64,000 nt of DNA, taken from NCBI GenBank assembly GCA_032718475.1, contig JAUCBJ010009123.1, positions 4,768 to 68,767 of the forward strand. The letters are read 5' to 3'. The stretch is from Nemertoderma westbladi. Its lineage: Eukaryota; Animalia; Xenacoelomorpha. The translations under genes and the position numbers were made by a program. Shown piece by piece: positions 62,374-64,000 of this stretch. The notes under the pieces were generated by a model. It was not told the origin of the DNA. It made no database searches and saw only the letters and a list, made by a program, of their open reading frames with translations. Numbering within the stretch: position 1 is the first letter of the stretch; the number at the start of each line of letters is the position of its first letter.

Positions 62374-63034
62374 GATTATGAATAGCCCACCATAGATACC
62401 ACCCACAAACAGGTGGTGTCCCCAAAGCATACCAACAAAGGGATCAAAACGACATTCCAAATTTGCAAAAATTTTGAAGGGGCGAATTTTAAGTCTATTA
62501 TTGTTCAATTTCATAATTGAAGTGATAAATTTTACAATATATGGTAATGGTAAAATATGGGTCAGTGTGAGTATTATTGTCGCATTAACAAACAAAATTG
62601 GGACATGATATTATGTTTATGTTGGATCACAAACAGTAAATATTACAATTAAATCCACTCGAGTTTATGTCATTGTTCCTATGGTATCCTACATACAGGT
62701 ATAAACAATGTCTTTTCAATAATTACAAAGGGTAAATAAGTCTATATTACATTATTAAGCCCGCCAGTTCACATTAATTAAATATAAAGTTATTTATAAT
62801 TTCACTGAATAAAACAACATTTATTGTAGAAACGACTGCCTAAACCAGTAAACTTGGTGACAAGAAAGTTAAACATTCTTATTCTTATTCTTATTGCCTG
62901 TAAATAACAGCATAAAAACGCGTACTGGAATATATATTAACGGTGGAATATATATTAACGATTTATAGTCCTCCATGTTAACCGATGGTATCAGTTTCGC
63001 TCATTGTTATTTACTGTTACTATAGTTACTATAG

Positions 63035-63336
63035 CTATTCGAATTTCCTTGGGAAATCAACCCGTGTTGAAGGTGCGATGTCTCTTGGGATTGGGTACTG
63101 GGGGTAACCATAGAAACCAGCTGCTAGGGCCGACTCTGGGTAGGGTAGATGCCCGGGGTGGGAGCCAAGTAGACTGGTTAGGTAGTGGGGGCCGAGCAGA
63201 GAGAGGGCGTTGGATGCGTAACTGTTAGGGGCCATAGGGGCGCCGCGCAGTCCTATAGGGTTGGGTAGACGATGCGGGAAATGGTCGCTAGGTGGCGTGA
63301 CAGCTGTGTCGTAGTCTGTGACTGAATCAGATCCAT
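63035..63336 (-). CDS. Terminal exon of a dachshund-like gene (Pro-rich tail)
   Basis: Acceptor tcatttgtag|ATGG, phase 1, in frame with ORF 63035..63235 ending PRKFE*. Minus-strand AATAAA at 62820-62825. Confidence 0.6.
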
Positions 63337-63735
63337 CTACAAATGATATAAGATTATTTATATATTTTATTTTTAATTATTTATATCACTGATAATAACA
63401 TTAAGCTATTTTTATATTTTGACACACGGAGTTTGAGGTCGCTTTTCGTCCCGCAACTAGCCGAACGGAAAAACGGCATTTCAAACATCCGAACCTTTGG
63501 TAAAAATACATTGTAAACATGCGGTTTTGTAACGATGGTTTCTGTAACAGGGGCCTTTGTTACCGCGGCTATTTGAAGCAAAATGTATAATAACAACCTT
63601 CAGCAAACACTAATCTGCAACTGTAACATTTGAAGTACTATTTGTAACAGTGTCTTTTTGCGTCTTTTTTGTAACATGAACTGTCTCATTTGTAAACGAG
63701 GCTTTTGTAAAAGAGCTATTCACAAATAAACCTAC

Positions 63736-63963
63736 CTTGAGGTGATGTATCTCTACCTTCCCCATTGCTACCACTAGATGGCGTCAGTTTAGTGCCCATC
63801 GTTCTCTGAAGATTCTCCATATCTTCGATCAACCTCCGTCTCCCCTTCCTTTCTCTCTTCAACCGTTTCTCCAGTAGTATATTGGCGTTCCTTTCTGTCG
63901 TTAATTGTGTCTCCAGATCGACACGCAACTCTTCGGCTCGTTTCAATTCGAGCTTTAAATCAG
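63736..63963 (-). CDS. dac: Dachshund-like exon encoding the DD2/DACHbox-C coiled coil
   Basis: DLKLELKRAEELRVDLETQLTTERNANILLEKRLKRERKGRRRL resembles DACH ELKM..LRERELRETLEKQL..EQKNRAIVQKRLKKEKKAKRKL. Acceptor aatttag| and donor G|gtaggt. Confidence 0.65.
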
Positions 63964-64000
63964 CTAAATTAAAAGTTAATTATGTAATTCTAAAATTAGT

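Overview
This is AT-rich animal (probably invertebrate) genomic DNA. It carries four recognisable housekeeping genes: TAF1A-like (+), MINDY4 (-) and DCXR (+), all with intronless CDS, and DCAF17 (+), split by one 19-kb intron. It also holds the last two exons of a dachshund-like gene (-) and two exons of an unidentified gene at the left edge. About half the window is tandem repeat, with 25-, 29-, 52- and 30-bp monomers and a 100-N gap. The DCAF17 intron is a nest: a hairpin-capped interspersed element, one 29-bp segment of which expanded into a ~7-kb satellite (the unexpanded monomer survives in the neighbouring copy). An intact, very young Gypsy-like LTR retrotransposon sits inside that satellite, with non-canonical CG...CG LTR ends, a 3-bp TSD and an IADD RT active site. 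Also present are a ~3-kb foldback element, several MITEs, 46-65-bp micro-elements with 8-bp TSDs just upstream of genes, a tRNA-derived SINE family and apparent transposon excision footprints. All homology calls come from motif recognition by eye, not database searches.
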